Positions 63,081 through 64,000 of a stretch of DNA of 64,000 nt are shown in pieces. Origin of the DNA: a virus. The position numbers were made by a program, and so were the translations under genes. Location of the stretch: positions 1 to 64,000 of the IMG/VR virus record IMGVR_UViG_3300032893_000031. The stretch is one strand, 5' to 3'. The notes under the pieces are model-generated. The model did not search any database, was not told the origin of the DNA, and saw only the letters and a list, made by a program, of their open reading frames with translations. The stretch's first letter is position 1. The number at the start of each line of letters is the position of its first letter.

Positions 63081-63641
63081 TTAGTCCTGCCCCTCGCGGA
63101 TGGGCGGAACCTGGATCGGCTCGGGCGCGGGGGCTGGCGGTGGAAGCTGCGCTGGTGCTGGGGCCGGCGTGACCACGGCTTGGATCGGGCGGGCGAACAT
63201 CCCGGCAGACCATGCGCCCGCGGGTGCGAGTTGCTGCGGAGGCTTCGTCGGGCCGGGATCGGAGATGCCGAGCAGCTTGCGCTGACGGTCGAGGAGCACG
63301 TCCAGGGACTTCAGGAGCTGCGCGCGGTGATGGGGCTCAAGCGCCGTCCGGCCGCAGTGGGGGCAGGTGCCGGCGTCATCCGATAAAACGGCGCGGGTGC
63401 GTGCTATCTGCTCCTTCACGAGCCTCATTTGCACTCGGATTGCGGTTTCTGCCGTTGTTGGGGAATCTGGCGTCTGCGCTTCCCGTGCGGCTTTGCGCAG
63501 TTCGGCTTTAAGCCGGCGGCTTTTGACGGAGGCGAGGCCGCCAAGCTTCGAGAACTGGTGTCCGGGTTGGAAGGGGCGGCCGCGCGGTTTGGGCTTTGGG
63601 GCGGCTGGTGGGGCTGGCGCCGGGGTTGCGGCAGTGACCAT
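63081..63641 (-). CDS. Hypothetical DNA-binding-like protein (DUF5681-like N-terminus; a small-terminase role is possible)
   Basis: GRPFQPGHQFSKLGG near the N-terminus, a central helical region with CPHCG, and Pro/Ala-rich ends. Confidence 0.4.
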   Translation of the reverse strand: MVTAATPAPAPPAAPKPKPRGRPFQPGHQFSKLGGLASVKSRRLKAELRKAAREAQTPDSPTTAETAIRVQMRLVKEQIARTRAVLSDDAGTCPHCGRTALEPHHRAQLLKSLDVLLDRQRKLLGISDPGPTKPPQQLAPAGAWSAGMFARPIQAVVTPAPAPAQLPPPAPAPEPIQVPPIREGQD

Positions 63642-63824
63642 GCCTCACGTTGACTCTCGCCGCGGTTGCCGTCAAGCCCTGATTTTGTGTCAACCTGGTT
63701 GCCGGTGGAGGTTGACGGTTACAAAGCAGCAACGATGCCAATCGGGCCGGAGAGCGTGAAATAAATCCTGATGAAAAGAGCGAAAGTTGTTGCAATGCTG
63801 TAACGGCTGGCCGATGCTCTACTT

Positions 63825-63918
63825 GTGATTCGGCATATTGAAACAGTTTTCCCCGCGGCTGGCGCCTCTCTGGCGCGTGTTGCGCCGGCCGAATCACACG
63901 CTGGCCGCGGGGATTTTT
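63825..63918 (+). promoter_or_regulatory. Pseudoknot-capable leader/terminator element upstream of a + strand ORF
   Basis: GTGATTCGGC (63825-63834) pairs with GCCGAATCAC (63888-63897). TCCCCGCGGC (63850-63859) pairs with GCCGCGGGGA (63904-63913), followed by TTTTT. There is an inner GGCGC/GCGCC hairpin at 63872-63886. Confidence 0.5.
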
Positions 63919-63932
63919 CTACAGGATCGACG

Positions 63933-64000
63933 ATGAAAAACGACAAGCATATAGGCGGTTCAGTGGTTCGGAAGAATGCGACCCACAAAGGCATGTGGGA
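63933..64000 (+). CDS. 5' end of an ORF running off the window (MKNDKHIGGSVVRKNATHKGMW...)
   Basis: ATG at 63933 lies 15 nt after the T-run, and the frame is open to the window end. Identity unknown. Confidence 0.3.
   Translation, partial: MKNDKHIGGSVVRKNATHKGMW

Overview
Nearly the whole 64-kb window reads as one tailed-phage or prophage genome segment of about 60% GC. I recognised no sheath, tube or tape-measure gene, so the content looks podovirus-like. There are four transcription blocks. (i) The + strand 1-15204 carries early genes, most of them chained by ATGA/GTGA start-stop overlaps: a DnaB-like helicase 3' end, Dam-like and C5 DNA methyltransferases, HNH, an SMC-like ATPase, an ERF-type annealing protein, a YqaJ exonuclease, a metallopeptidase-like protein, a Mom/XF1762-like GNAT, an XRE regulator, a DUF1064-like nuclease, an ASCH protein and many small ORFs. 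(ii) The - strand 15152-53758 carries late genes. In order these are a lysis/envelope cassette, signal-peptide fibre-like proteins, capsid, scaffold and an embedded glycosyltransferase/methyltransferase island. They are followed by HNH-AP2, an ATP-grasp-like enzyme, portal, a 2209-aa virion protein and tail/fibre genes. (iii) The + strand 53834-60004 carries fibre-like and LamG proteins, TerL, a PAPS-reductase-like enzyme and a small serine recombinase. (iv) The - strand 60001-63641 carries small genes including a Lar-like and a NUMOD3 protein. I saw no rRNA, tRNA, CRISPR array, transposase or reverse transcriptase. The items most worth follow-up are: a roughly 750-nt, densely base-paired, terminator-capped candidate large structured RNA (5057-5806); the self-regulated glycosylation island inside the head-morphogenesis module (26414-33762); a [GS]-Y-[GD] repeat protein (4033-4713); a C5 methyltransferase whose conserved motifs lie in two reading frames (1887-3014); and several structured or repeat-bearing non-coding stretches (39494-39821, 62091-63080, 63642-63932). 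All functional calls rest on motif recognition by eye, gene order and the supplied ORF track. No database search was run, and start codons are approximate.
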